Position numbers and translations under genes: made by a program. DNA of 64,000 nt. Origin: Tubulanus polymorphus (taxonomy: Eukaryota; Animalia; Nemertea). The stretch covers positions 7,773,950-7,837,949 of the forward strand of contig NC_134026.1 in NCBI RefSeq assembly GCF_964204645.1, given 5' to 3'. A model generated the notes under the pieces. The model was not told the DNA's origin. It made no database searches and worked only from the letters and a program-made list of their open reading frames with translations. Shown here one piece after another: positions 51,635 to 62,615 of the stretch (position 1 is the stretch's first letter; the number at the start of each line of letters is the position of its first letter).

Positions 51635-53510
51635 GTCCAGTTACATACAAGACACCACAGATTTCATCAACAACTCACAACAACTTGCAAACATCAAAGA
51701 CCTCCCAGCAGACACTATGGACGTCACAGCTCTCTACACCAGCATACCACATGAAGATGGACTCACCGCGATTTCCAGAACCTTACCTAACAACGAAAAC
51801 TCACAGACCATCATCAATCTCACCAAGTTCATACTTAAACACAACTACTTCAAATTCAACGGATCGCTCTACATCCAGACCAAGGGTACAGCTATGGGCA
51901 CCCGAATGGCCCCCCAATACGCCAACATATCCATGTCTGTCCTTGAAGAAGACTTCCTCCAAACACAGCAGCACTCACCACTTTTATACAATCGCTTCAT
52001 CGACGACGTCTGAATCATTTGGACGCATGGGCTTGAAAAACTACGTGAATTCCACAGAAACTTCACCAACTTTCATCCAGCTATCGAACTCAGCCTCGAA
52101 CACTCGCCTCTTCAAATTCCTTTTTTAGACACTCTGGTTGAAATCATCAACGGCAAACTCGAAACTTCGCTCTACAGAAAACCTACTGACACCTACAGCT
52201 ACCTTCACGGCACCAGCTTTCAGCCACCACATACCACGAGATCCATCGTCTTTAGTCAGGCCATTCGCTACCACAGAATCTGCTCCAACACTCAAGACCG
52301 CGACCAACACCTACAACAACTGAAAAATGCGTTCCACCAACTCCAGTACAACCCTGAAACCATCGACCAACAAATCACTCGCGCTCACATACCCAGAGAA
52401 AGAACACTCCAATACAAACCACCCATGTCAGAAGAAACCGAAAGAATCCCCATCGCAGTCACCTACAGTCCGCACCTACGCTGAATCCAACGAATCATAT
52501 CAGATCTCTAACCCATAATCGAAGAGGATGATCATCTACGCGACATACTACCACTAAGACCAGTCATCGCGTACCGCCAACCAGCTAACCTAAGAAAACT
52601 CCTCATCAGCAGCAAACTATCCACCGAAGAAGACTCAGATAACAAATACACGCGCCCCTGCAACAAATCTAGATGTCAACTCTGCCCTCTCATCAACTCA
52701 TCACCGACGGTCACCGCAGCCAACAACCAACAACTCAAAGTCACTGGACCCTACACATGCGACTCCACTAACGTTGTTTATGCCATCACATGCGATATCT
52801 GCCCTGGAACCATCTACATCGGAGAAACTGGACAAACATTACGTCAACGCTTAAACGGTCACAAATTTGATATCAGACACAAGAAAATGGATAAACCTAT
52901 CGGCGAACATTTCAATCTTCCGAACCATACCATCAGCAACCTTTAAGTGACCGCGTTACATAAAATGAACACTTCTAATAAACATTCGCGCGAAATCATG
53001 GAACAAAAACTCATTCAACGCGGTGACACTGTTAATCTTGGCCTCAATCGCGATCTAGGATTCATGTCCCACTACAGAACGTAATTTTGTATGTTATTCA
53101 TTGTATCTGAACTTATCTCGGACTTCCATCTCTTGTTATTCGTTCCTTTTAGATTCCATCTGTTTATTTTTCTTTGATATAATTTCATTTTGATTTATTT
53201 CTCTTTGATTTGTTTTAGTTTGTTGTTCCTTAATTAATTAATTAATTTAATTATCTACTCACTCACTTAGTTATTAATTATCATGTCACTCATCATTTAT
53301 TTGTTATTACTCTTCTCACTCAGTTCTCTGTAATTAGTGTCAGTCCACCTATATATACTGTTGTTTTTCCATTGACTATACTCATTCACCTGATGAAGCT
53401 TCTATTCATTAGAAACGAAAGCTCGTGTGTCAAATAAACAGTTAACCTATACAGTACTACTCGTCTCGTTACTTATTTTAAACCTGGTTAACACGGCTAC
53501 TCTACGAATA
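51635..53510 (+). mobile_element. 5'-truncated Penelope-like element (RT + GIY-YIG endonuclease, several stops/frameshifts; ORF end 53084) with pLTR-like 3' region
   Basis: SYIQDTTDF, MDVTALYTSIP, GTAMGTRMAPQYANI, RFIDD; NVVYAITC..YIGETGQTLRQRLNGH..HFN..GLNRD; 3' tail TAACACGGCTACTCT; absent from units 1 and 3. Confidence 0.9.
53385..53429 (+). ncRNA. Minimal type I hammerhead ribozyme of the Penelope element
   Basis: CAC-CTGATGA-A-G-CTTCTA-ttcat-TAGAAA-C-GAAA-GC-TC-GTG; intact CUGAUGA and GAAA boxes, palindromic AGCT stem III, predicted cleavage after C53424. Confidence 0.8.
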
Positions 53511-55210
53511 TTGCTTCACAAAGCTTTCTCTCCGTAAGAAGGCTGTTTCTAACTTTTTGATTACATAATTCAAAGAATAATCTCAAAAAGCGACATGTCA
53601 AATGATCAATACATTTGATTTTGTTATAGTTAATGAAATAATGCTTAGTTTACTATTCTATCTTCCTTGGACTTTTTTCTGTGGCCAATTTTTCCTTGGC
53701 CATTTTTCCTACAATCCTTTGAGAGAGCCCTCCAGGAGAAGTTCAGCAATTTCTCAGCATCTTATTTTAGACTTGTTAGTTCTCGAAAAGGGGTCTTTTT
53801 GATACTCTCCAATCTTAAAAATTGTTTTGAAAGAGCGTCATATGCAACGTATCATGAGTGAGAAAAATAGCTGCAAACTTTTCATTTTATAATAGAACGA
53901 TAAGGTTTGTTTCAGTGGATTATCCTGCTCGTAGTAACAACATGTGTACATAATCGAACCCCTGGTGCTCTTTTATTGCGATAAATGTCAGTCCAATAAA
54001 AATAGTTTCTCTTATCTTTAAGCTGTGGTAGGTTAAATAAACGGAGCTACATTCCTGACTGGTGGAAGCGATTAGGGACCTCGAGTTGTCGTGTGCCGTC
54101 TCAACAAGTCGCCATAATTACGTCGACATATCGCGTCAAGTCGATATGAATATGTCGATATATCGTGACGTTTTTACGACATATTTCGTTTTGTCAACCA
54201 TACTCCGATACATAGATACCGTAGTAACCAGTGTATGCGCGTGTTTTCAAATGTGTTAATGGCTGTGCACTACCGTATATTCAATTTCTTTAAAAGGGTT
54301 ATTGGAAAGAGTTTATTTTACTATTCGGCTCCTACTCTTTTCAGTGAACTACCTTTTTAACATAGGAAACTCTCCATCTATTGGAAACTTTTCTACGTCC
54401 ATATCGTGATTTTTAAATAACTAAATATATTTGAATTTGGCAAATATCAGTTGGACTCGAACCCAATACATCCTCTCTTGCCATTGTCCGGTTGCCTGGT
54501 GTAAAAGAATCGCATCTGCTTTATTCATCTGCGAACTGCATCTAATCTTATCAGGCGCTCTGTAACCTACGAGCAAAACAATCTCTTACAGTTCGGAATA
54601 TCAGTGCCTCGTTCAAAACTGGGATTAAGGGTATGGGGTAGGACCAACTAAATCAATGAACCAAAAGGATGAGATGGAAAATCATCCGTATATAAATATC
54701 TAACATGCTTTTCAAGTTGTATGAAGTAACATCTACAAATAAATTATTTGTATGAGATTTATTTCTAACAGAGCGAATAGAAAATCGAATTCCAAAAATC
54801 TAACACAATTCACTCAATAGATTTTGTGAAAGATTATTATTTGGTGAAATATCAATATTATTAAGTGAAAACATGATTTATTCATCTTTATATATTTCAT
54901 TTAATTTTTTATTTATGATTTTCATAAAAAACTAATTTATATATCTATGTACTAGACGTACGAGTAAGAATCCAAGAATTTTTACTTTCTTGGAAGATTC
55001 AATTAGAAAAACATTATAATTGAATAAGTTAGTATTATTAAAGAAACTTATTGTTTTTTTTTTATTGTTTTTTATTGAATCTATTCAATTCTAAATTTCT
55101 TTACGTTTGGCTAGAATTCAACTAGAAAAACTTTACCTTGAATAAGTTAGTATCACTCTTGAATTATTCTAGTTTAATGTAAAGTATTAAAATATCATAT
55201 GAATATAGAT

Positions 55211-55514
55211 TTATAAAATAAAATCATTTAATTGGTGAATATATCTATGATTTCTTAAACTCTTATCATATCTATATTTCTTATTGCATATTTCATAACA
55301 CTTAATATTATTCAATCTATCTGAAATATAATTGATATTATTCTTTAATTCGGCGTATCTAATTTTACAGTTATCAATCAAAGTAATTCTAACAGCTGTT
55401 TTAATGAGTAAATTGAAAATGAAACCATTCAAGAAAGCATTATAATCAACTTTTAATGCGCTCTTGATTTTTATATATTAGATGTAATATTTCTGATATC
55501 CTATAGTCACTCAT
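55211..55514 (-). pseudogene. AT-rich island ORF D: small protein ending in a C2H2 zinc finger; one frameshift near the N-terminus (unit-3 copy ~61830-62133 has a nonsense change in the finger)
   Basis: CYEICNKKYRYDKSLRNHRYIH fits C-x3-C-x12-H-x3-H. Confidence 0.6.
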
Positions 55515-55526
55515 CTAATTATTCGA

Positions 55527-55742
55527 TTAATTCACTAATCTAATTAATAACTTTTTATTTTTATTTTTATGATTTCCATTTAACTTCTTTAATTTCTTAC
55601 TTAATATCATATTTTCATTCATCAGATCTTTACTGATATTCTCATAATAAAAATATAATGCAGCCAATATTACACCTCCAGCAACTAAATAATGTTTTAA
55701 ATCACTTTTTCCAGTTGGAATGCTGAAATAATTCTCATCCAT
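55527..55742 (-). CDS. AT-rich island ORF C: small single-TM plus Lys-rich/coiled-coil protein, virus-like
   Basis: YLVAGGVILAALYFYY hydrophobic segment; TAAATG start context. Confidence 0.5.
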   Translation of the reverse strand: MDENYFSIPTGKSDLKHYLVAGGVILAALYFYYENISKDLMNENMILSKKLKKLNGNHKNKNKKLLIRLVN

Positions 55743-55842
55743 TTATTTAAGAAAGAAAAATGAAAGATTGATAAGTAATTTGAAAATATTAATATATTAT
55801 ATATTTGAATTTTTCTAATTACTCATACAGCTTTATCTTATT

Positions 55843-55995
55843 TCAAAATATGGAGTTATTATTCTTTCCATAATTGATATGTTTAATTGTCTGATAATGT
55901 TTTGATTTATGTGATTTTAAATATTTGCCTCCACAATAACAATACACTTTCTCATTAGGATTAAACTTTTTAAATTCATCATCTAAATTACACAT
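55843..55995 (-). CDS. AT-rich island ORF B: 50-aa zinc-ribbon protein (below the ORF-track threshold)
   Basis: Hand translation MCNLDDEFKKFNPNEKVYCYCGGKYLKSHKSKHYQTIKHINYGKNNNSIF; CxCGGKY..KH..T.KH motif. Confidence 0.6.
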   Translation of the reverse strand: MCNLDDEFKKFNPNEKVYCYCGGKYLKSHKSKHYQTIKHINYGKNNNSIF

Positions 55996-56428
55996 TGAAT
56001 TCCAATATTTGATGAATTTTCATTATAGATGATTTGTTTATTATCAAAATTTAAATAATATAATTGTCGTTTTTCAAGTCTATATCATTGTAACTTTTAG
56101 AAAGTATTAAATCATCATTTCTTTCATTAAAAGGAATTTCAAGAATATTTACAATTTTATTCATCTAAACTACCTTCATAATCTAAAACTGTATTAAATA
56201 CTTTAGGATTGTTGACGCCATTATCTAAAAAGTATCTATAAGTTCAGTAATTAAATATGTTTCATCTAATGATATTTGATTAATTACAGTAATATTATCA
56301 ATTCTATGTTGTCTTCCATACACTAAATTTGTTGCTAAGATATAATTTTTAATGTTAAATAATGAAAATAAGTTATTAGTTTCTTTTATTTCGATTTCAA
56401 ATTTAGTTTCTTCTTCTTCTGCCTTCAT
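55984..56428 (-). pseudogene. AT-rich island ORF A (~150 aa when frameshifts are bridged), unknown function
   Basis: MKAEEEETKFEIEI..ELIDTF continues in shifted frames LDNGVNNPKVFNTVLDYEG..KIVNILEIPFNE..NIGIQCVI*, overlapping the ORF B start. Confidence 0.45.
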
Positions 56429-56589
56429 TTTATAACAAGATTTTTATTAAAACTCATACAAATATAAATATTCGATGTTTTGAATATGAATTATTTCTCA
56501 CACTTTACTCACACTTTTATTATGGATATATAATCGATTTTCATATATATGATATTCATATAAATAATGTTCATATATATAAATATTAG

Positions 56590-56739
56590 AGTAATAGGGT
56601 AAGTGTTTTTCCAGATTAAAGGTTGAAAGGTTGAGTGAGTGAAAAATAAAAATAAATTCGAGCGTGTGAGAATTTATTTTTATTTTTTATGAGCTCGACC
56701 TTTCGACCTTTGATCTGAAAAAACACTTACCCTATTACT
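56590..56739. repeat. ~150-bp imperfect palindrome (hairpin) at the right edge of the AT-rich island
   Basis: AGTAATAGGGTAAGTGTTTTTCCAGATTAAAGGTTGAAAGGTTGAG ... CTCGACCTTTCGACCTTTGATCTGAAAAAACACTTACCCTATTACT. Confidence 0.85.
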
Positions 56740-58773
56740 GTTGTTAACTACCAGTTAAGAACTTATCCACCGGTTAGTTAACCACTAGTTAAATTCGGTT
56801 GCTCAAAACCTCGGGTAGGTCGCGGTTTGCTAACCGGTGGTTAACCACTGGTTAGCCTCTTTTTCATTTGCCCAGCCTCACTCTGAAATTGGTCCCTCAA
56901 ATCATCAAAATGGAGTCTGTTTTGATTAATAATGGTAAGAAAATTTAAAAAGCCAATTTTACAGAAAAATATAGCAATGCTTGGTTGAAATGTTATATTC
57001 TAGCGTGAATTCTACATCTGTGGCTCCTTGCGTAAAAGTTGATCAGCTATAAAGTTTATCCCATCTCTTTTCAAGACGCAATCTTTCTCTTAAACATTCA
57101 TCCGAAAATTGATTTAGATGCTCGAATCACTGTAGATTTGCTCTGTTGTAGCCGAATGCAGGCAGTAAAAAACTACGCTGGCCATTTTAACCACTGGTTA
57201 AGAACTTAACATAGCCCCATGGGTCATTTAACTTTAAACAATGGTTAGGGTAAATTTTTGAGCAACCCGATCAAACCGACGGTTAACCAACCTTTGAGCA
57301 ACCCGCCCCTGCATGCTTACTCGAGTGCGGTAACCATTATTATTACATTTGCTAAAATGCTGGCTATAAGATAACTATCGGGTAAGTACGGTGGTAACAA
57401 TGGACTTAGATTGTCACTAGGTTGACCAACTTTTTGAGCAACTGCAGCTCCGAACATAAATGACCGACAAAGAGTGGAAGATTGTGTCGGTGAGGTCTAA
57501 TGAAAACATGACATTATTCTGTAGAATGATGTTTTCTCGGAATGTAGGAAAAATGGCCGAGGTATTCACATACTGGAAATAAATGGATAAGGAAATTCAT
57601 GAGATGAAACTAACTACTGGCCAAGTCCAATATGCAGCATTATAGTGCAGAGCTCAGACCACTATTCCAAAATCTTGTATATCCTATAGTAAAAACAAGA
57701 AATTCGAGATTTTAGTTCACATCTAAGCGCATAGATTCAGGGGGAATCCTGCTTACGGCTCATAGGCCAGCATCTTAGCTACGCATTGAAGTGGTTTTCG
57801 CGCCACATACCCAACCTAACTTTTGAAATAATCAAACCGATAGAAAGGAGGGATTTCCAAGTACAGCTATGCCACTACATATCGAAGGGAATCCCCCACC
57901 GTGTTTGGTACCTGCTCCAAGTAAAAAAAGTCAAGGGAATCCCTTGTTTCACCATCAATCCGTCTCTCAGGACCAATGGATTTCATACATATAACCGGAA
58001 TTCGTTACCCATCCCATTTGCAGAATTATGGCACCATTTATGGGGACCTCTTCTACATTCTAGGTGCTATTTTTGGGGTCCGGCCTTACGTATCTTCAAT
58101 CTACTAACCTAATTGTGATCTGATACCTGTCATGTGTAGAGTTACTTTTGGAAATATGAAACAGTAGTAATATGGAATTAAAAGAAGTTCCACGAAAATG
58201 GATCCTTGATTGGGTATCCATATTCTACAGCTGATGAAGCGAGACCTTATATACCAGGGTGGTGACTACAGGACGGTTTACAATAGACATCCTACACAAC
58301 AGTTAGGGGATGACTGCACTAGGCGGTTGACAGATGACATCCTACACATCAGTTAGATTCCGTATCAACGCGTATACTTATTGTATTTTCTTAATTGTTT
58401 CGAGGACATCTTTACGCATCTTTTATCTAATCAATTATTCCACAAAAATTAATCATCATTATATCTTATATACTTATTCATCATATACTAGCAGGAAACT
58501 CGTCTTTGTCGGAAATATCGAAATATTGTTAGTTTTGGATACATTGTATCGAGGAATATAATTTTATGATCTAAATATTTTGGAAAATAAAGGAGAGACA
58601 TATCTACTGTCAGATAGATTCTATTATCCATTTTTTTAAACACCCTCAACTCGCAAAGCGCCACACAGGGTAGGAAAAAAATATAACAATTCCTTAATCA
58701 TTTCTTAAGAGCAATTTTTTCTGGTTTAAGACGCTTCGAGTTGTATGGAGCGAAACAACTTTGTAATAAATGG

Positions 58774-59721
58774 TTATTTTACTGAATTTCTACAGCGGAT
58801 TTTCATACAGAAATATTCACGAATTTCTCGTCCCAGTAAAAGATATATGTAGAAATTTACCACGTAGTTGCAAACATGGAATTGTGTGAAAATGTCATAT
58901 AGAAAATTTTTTTGTTCCGATGAGATTGGTAAAAATACAGTAATAGTGGATGGAAGTGTAAATATTGCAAATGCGAGTGAAACTGTTACGAGCATTATCG
59001 TTGTACGTTTCGATTTTGTAGTTTTCTGATCAGATGAAACCATTTTTGAACCTCTGAATAACTGAACTATTATAACAGCATTTGAAATTATAATAAATGT
59101 TAACGGTAGAATGTACGCGTAGATAACAAATGTGGAGAAATATGTTATTTGGTCGATTAATCTATAGTAACATCCGAACGTTGGATCCTTAAAATAGATC
59201 GAAAAAGTTGGTAGAAGATTTAGAACCAATGCATTCACTGCGGTAATTATCAACATAGCAAATCTAGAGAAACTCGGTGTACATACCAAACGAGATGTGA
59301 ACGGGAAGAGCACAACTGCCGCACGTTCTAGAGATATTGCTACTATTAACCACGAACTGTTGGCAAATGCAAGTGCCAATACAAATTCATATATTTGACA
59401 ACTGAGCACTGAATTTATGATGAATATAGGACCATATTTTACATGCAAGAGAACAAACTGTGAAACAGGTATTAGTGTATAATTGAGACAGTTCAAGGAA
59501 TCGCAGACCGACAAAACGATAAGATAGTTAGCGTAAGATAAACTGCGGAATCTGCGGCTCATCATTATCAGGAAAGTAGCTGAATTTCCGAAGGCCCCGA
59601 ACAGAGACAAGACAGGCAGATCGACCAATGACACTGTAAGATAGGTTCCAGATCTGTCCACCACAGACATGAGAACGATGTAACTGTAAGTTCGACTGGT
59701 TTGAATCTGAGTTAAATTCAT
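58774..59721 (-). CDS. Intronless class A GPCR, copy 3
   Basis: 315 aa, mosaic of residues seen in copies 1 and 2. Confidence 0.88.
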   Translation of the reverse strand: MNLTQIQTSRTYSYIVLMSVVDRSGTYLTVSLVDLPVLSLFGAFGNSATFLIMMSRRFRSLSYANYLIVLSVCDSLNCLNYTLIPVSQFVLLHVKYGPIFIINSVLSCQIYEFVLALAFANSSWLIVAISLERAAVVLFPFTSRLVCTPSFSRFAMLIITAVNALVLNLLPTFSIYFKDPTFGCYYRLIDQITYFSTFVIYAYILPLTFIIISNAVIIVQLFRGSKMVSSDQKTTKSKRTTIMLVTVSLAFAIFTLPSTITVFLPISSEQKNFLYDIFTQFHVCNYVVNFYIYLLLGREIREYFCMKIRCRNSVK

Positions 59722-62137
59722 GATGCACGAGGAACCTGTGAGTGTGTACTGACTATCTGAGTGTGTACTAACTGTGGGAGAGTATACTGACTGTCTGAAA
59801 ATGTTCTGACACTGACCGTGTCTTCTCGCGCGTTGGAAAATTGATTTAACTTTAGTGCAACGAAATCATTTAAGACAGTATCAATTTTTTATCAAGATTT
59901 ATTGTTAACAACAAAAAGAAAATCAATTCTTAGAAATCTAACAGAATTTAGACTCGGATAATGTCTATTATCATGAATACAAATATAACGAAATTGAATA
60001 TCAATATTCGTTGCACTAAAATTCATTTTATGGTGAGATCTATATGGTAAAACATCTTGCTTGCACAAGTTCAATTTGTTCTGAGTGACGACAGAATGAT
60101 ATCACAAAGCTTTCTCTCCGTAAGAAGGCTGTTTCTAACTTTTTGATTACATAATTGAAAGAATAATCTCAAAAAGCGACATGTCAAATGATCAATACAT
60201 TTGATTTTGTGATAGTTAATGAAATAATACTTAGTTTTCTATTCTATCTTCCTTGGACTTTTTTCTGTGGCCAATTTTTCCTTGGCCATTTTTCCTACAA
60301 TCCTTTGGGAGAGCCCTCCAGGAGAAGTTCAGCAATTTCTCAGCATTTTTGTCTTAGACTTGTTAGTTCCCAAAAAAGGGTATTTTTGATACTTTCCAAT
60401 CTTAAAAATTGTTTTGAAAGAGCGACATATGCAACGTATCATAAGTGAGAAAATAGCTGCAAACTTTGCATTTTAATAGAACGATAAGGTTTGTTTCAGT
60501 GGATTATCCTGCTCGTAGTAACAACCTATTCATACATAATCGAACCCCTGGTGCTCTTTTATTGCGATAAATATCAGTCCCATAAAAATAGTTTCTCTAA
60601 TCTGTAAGCTGTGGTAGGTTAAATAAACGGAGCTACATTTACACATTTTTTTTAATCGATGGTAGATCTTCTGACTGGTGGAAGCGATAAGGGACCTCGA
60701 GTTGTCGTGTGCCGTCTCAACAAGTCGCCATAATTACGTCGACATATCGCGTCAAGTCGATATGAATATGTCGACATATCGTGACGTTTTCACGACATAT
60801 TTCGTTTTGTCAACCATAATCCGATACTTAGATACCGTAGTAACCAGTTTATGCGCGTGTTTTTAAATGTGTTAATGGCTGTGCACTACCGTATATTCAA
60901 TTTCTTTAAAAGGGTTATTGGAAAGAGTTTATTTTACTATTCGGCTCCTACTCTTTTCAATGAACTACCTTTTTAACATAGGAAACTCTCCATCTATTAG
61001 TAAATTTTCTTTCAATAAACGTCCATATCGTGATTTTTATATAACTAAATATATTTGAATTTGGCAAATATCAGTTGGACTCGAACCCAATACATCCTCT
61101 CTTGCCATTGTCCGGTTGCCTGGTGTAAAAGAATCGCATCTGCTTTATTCATCTGCGAACTGCATCTAATCTTATCAGGCGCTCTGTAACCTACGAGCAA
61201 AACAATCTCTTACAGTTCGGAATATCAGTGCCTCGTTCAAAACTGGGATCAAGGGTATGGGGTAGGACCAACTAAATCAATGAACCAAAAGGATGAGATG
61301 GAAAATCATCCGTATATAAATCTCTAACACGCTTTTCAAGTTGTATGAAGTAACATCTACAAATAAATCATTTGTATGAGATTTATTTCTAACAGAGCGA
61401 ATAGAAAATCGAATTCCAAAAATCTAACACAATTCACTCAATAGATTTTGTGAAAGATTATTATTTGGTGAAATATCAATATTATTAAGTGAAAACATGA
61501 TTTATTCGTCTTTATATATTTCATTTAATTTGTATTTATGATTTTCATAAAAAACTAATTTATATATCTATGTACTAGACGTACGAGTAAGAATCCAAGA
61601 ATTCTTACTTTCTTGGAAGATTCAATTAGAAAAACATTATAATTGAATAAGTTAGTATTATTAAAGAAACTTATTGTTTTTTTTATTGTTTTTTATTGAA
61701 TCTATTCAATTCTAAATTTCTTTACGTTTGACTAGAAATCAACTAGAAAAACTTTCTTGAATAAGTTAGTATCACTCTTGTATTATTCTAGTTTAATATA
61801 AAGTATTAAAATATCATATGAATATAGATTTATAAAATAAAATCATTTAATTCGTGAACATATCTATGATTTCTTAAACTCTTATCATATCAATATTTCT
61901 TATTGCATATTTCATAACACTTAATATTATTCAATCTATCTGAAATATAATTGATATTATTCTTTAATTCGGCGTATCTAATTTTACAGTTATCAATCAA
62001 AGTAATTCTAACAGCTGTTTTAATGAGTAAATTGAAAATGAAACCATTCAAGAAAGCATTATAATCAACTTTTAATGCGCTCTTGATTTTTATATATTAG
62101 ATGTAATATTTCTAATATCCTATAGTCACTCATCTAA

Positions 62138-62362
62138 TTATTCGATTAATTTACTAATCTGATTCAATAACTTTTTATTTTTATTTTTATGATTTCCATT
62201 TAACTTCTTTAATTTCTTACTTAATATCATATTTTCATTCATCAGATCTTTACTGATATTCTCATAATAAAAACATAATGCAGCCAATATTACACCTCCA
62301 GCAACTAAATAATGTTTTAAATCACTTTTTCCAGTTGGAATGCTGAAATTATTCTCATCCAT
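62138..62362 (-). CDS. AT-rich island ORF C, second copy
   Basis: Paralog of 55527-55742 with a different C-terminal frame. Confidence 0.5.
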   Translation of the reverse strand: MDENNFSIPTGKSDLKHYLVAGGVILAALCFYYENISKDLMNENMILSKKLKKLNGNHKNKNKKLLNQISKLIE

Positions 62363-62462
62363 TTATTTAAGAAAGAAAAATAAAAGATTGATAAGTAATT
62401 TGAAAATATTAATATACTATATATTGGAAATTTTCCAATTACTCATACAGCTTTATCTTATT

Positions 62463-62615
62463 TCAAAATATAGAGTTATTATTCTTTCCATAATTGATAT
62501 GTTTAATTGTCTGATAATGTTTTGATTTATGTGATTTTAAATATTTGCCTCCACAATAACAATACACTTTCTCATTAGGATTAAACTTTTTAAATTCATC
62601 ATCTAAATTACACAT
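62463..62615 (-). CDS. AT-rich island ORF B, second copy (intact 50-aa zinc-ribbon protein)
   Basis: Same translation as 55843-55995; one synonymous TCC/TCT change seen. Confidence 0.55.
   Translation of the reverse strand: MCNLDDEFKKFNPNEKVYCYCGGKYLKSHKSKHYQTIKHINYGKNNNSIF

Noticed and set aside
51340-52128. 262-aa ORF
   Set aside because: Off-frame overlap of the Penelope RT fused to unrelated upstream sequence
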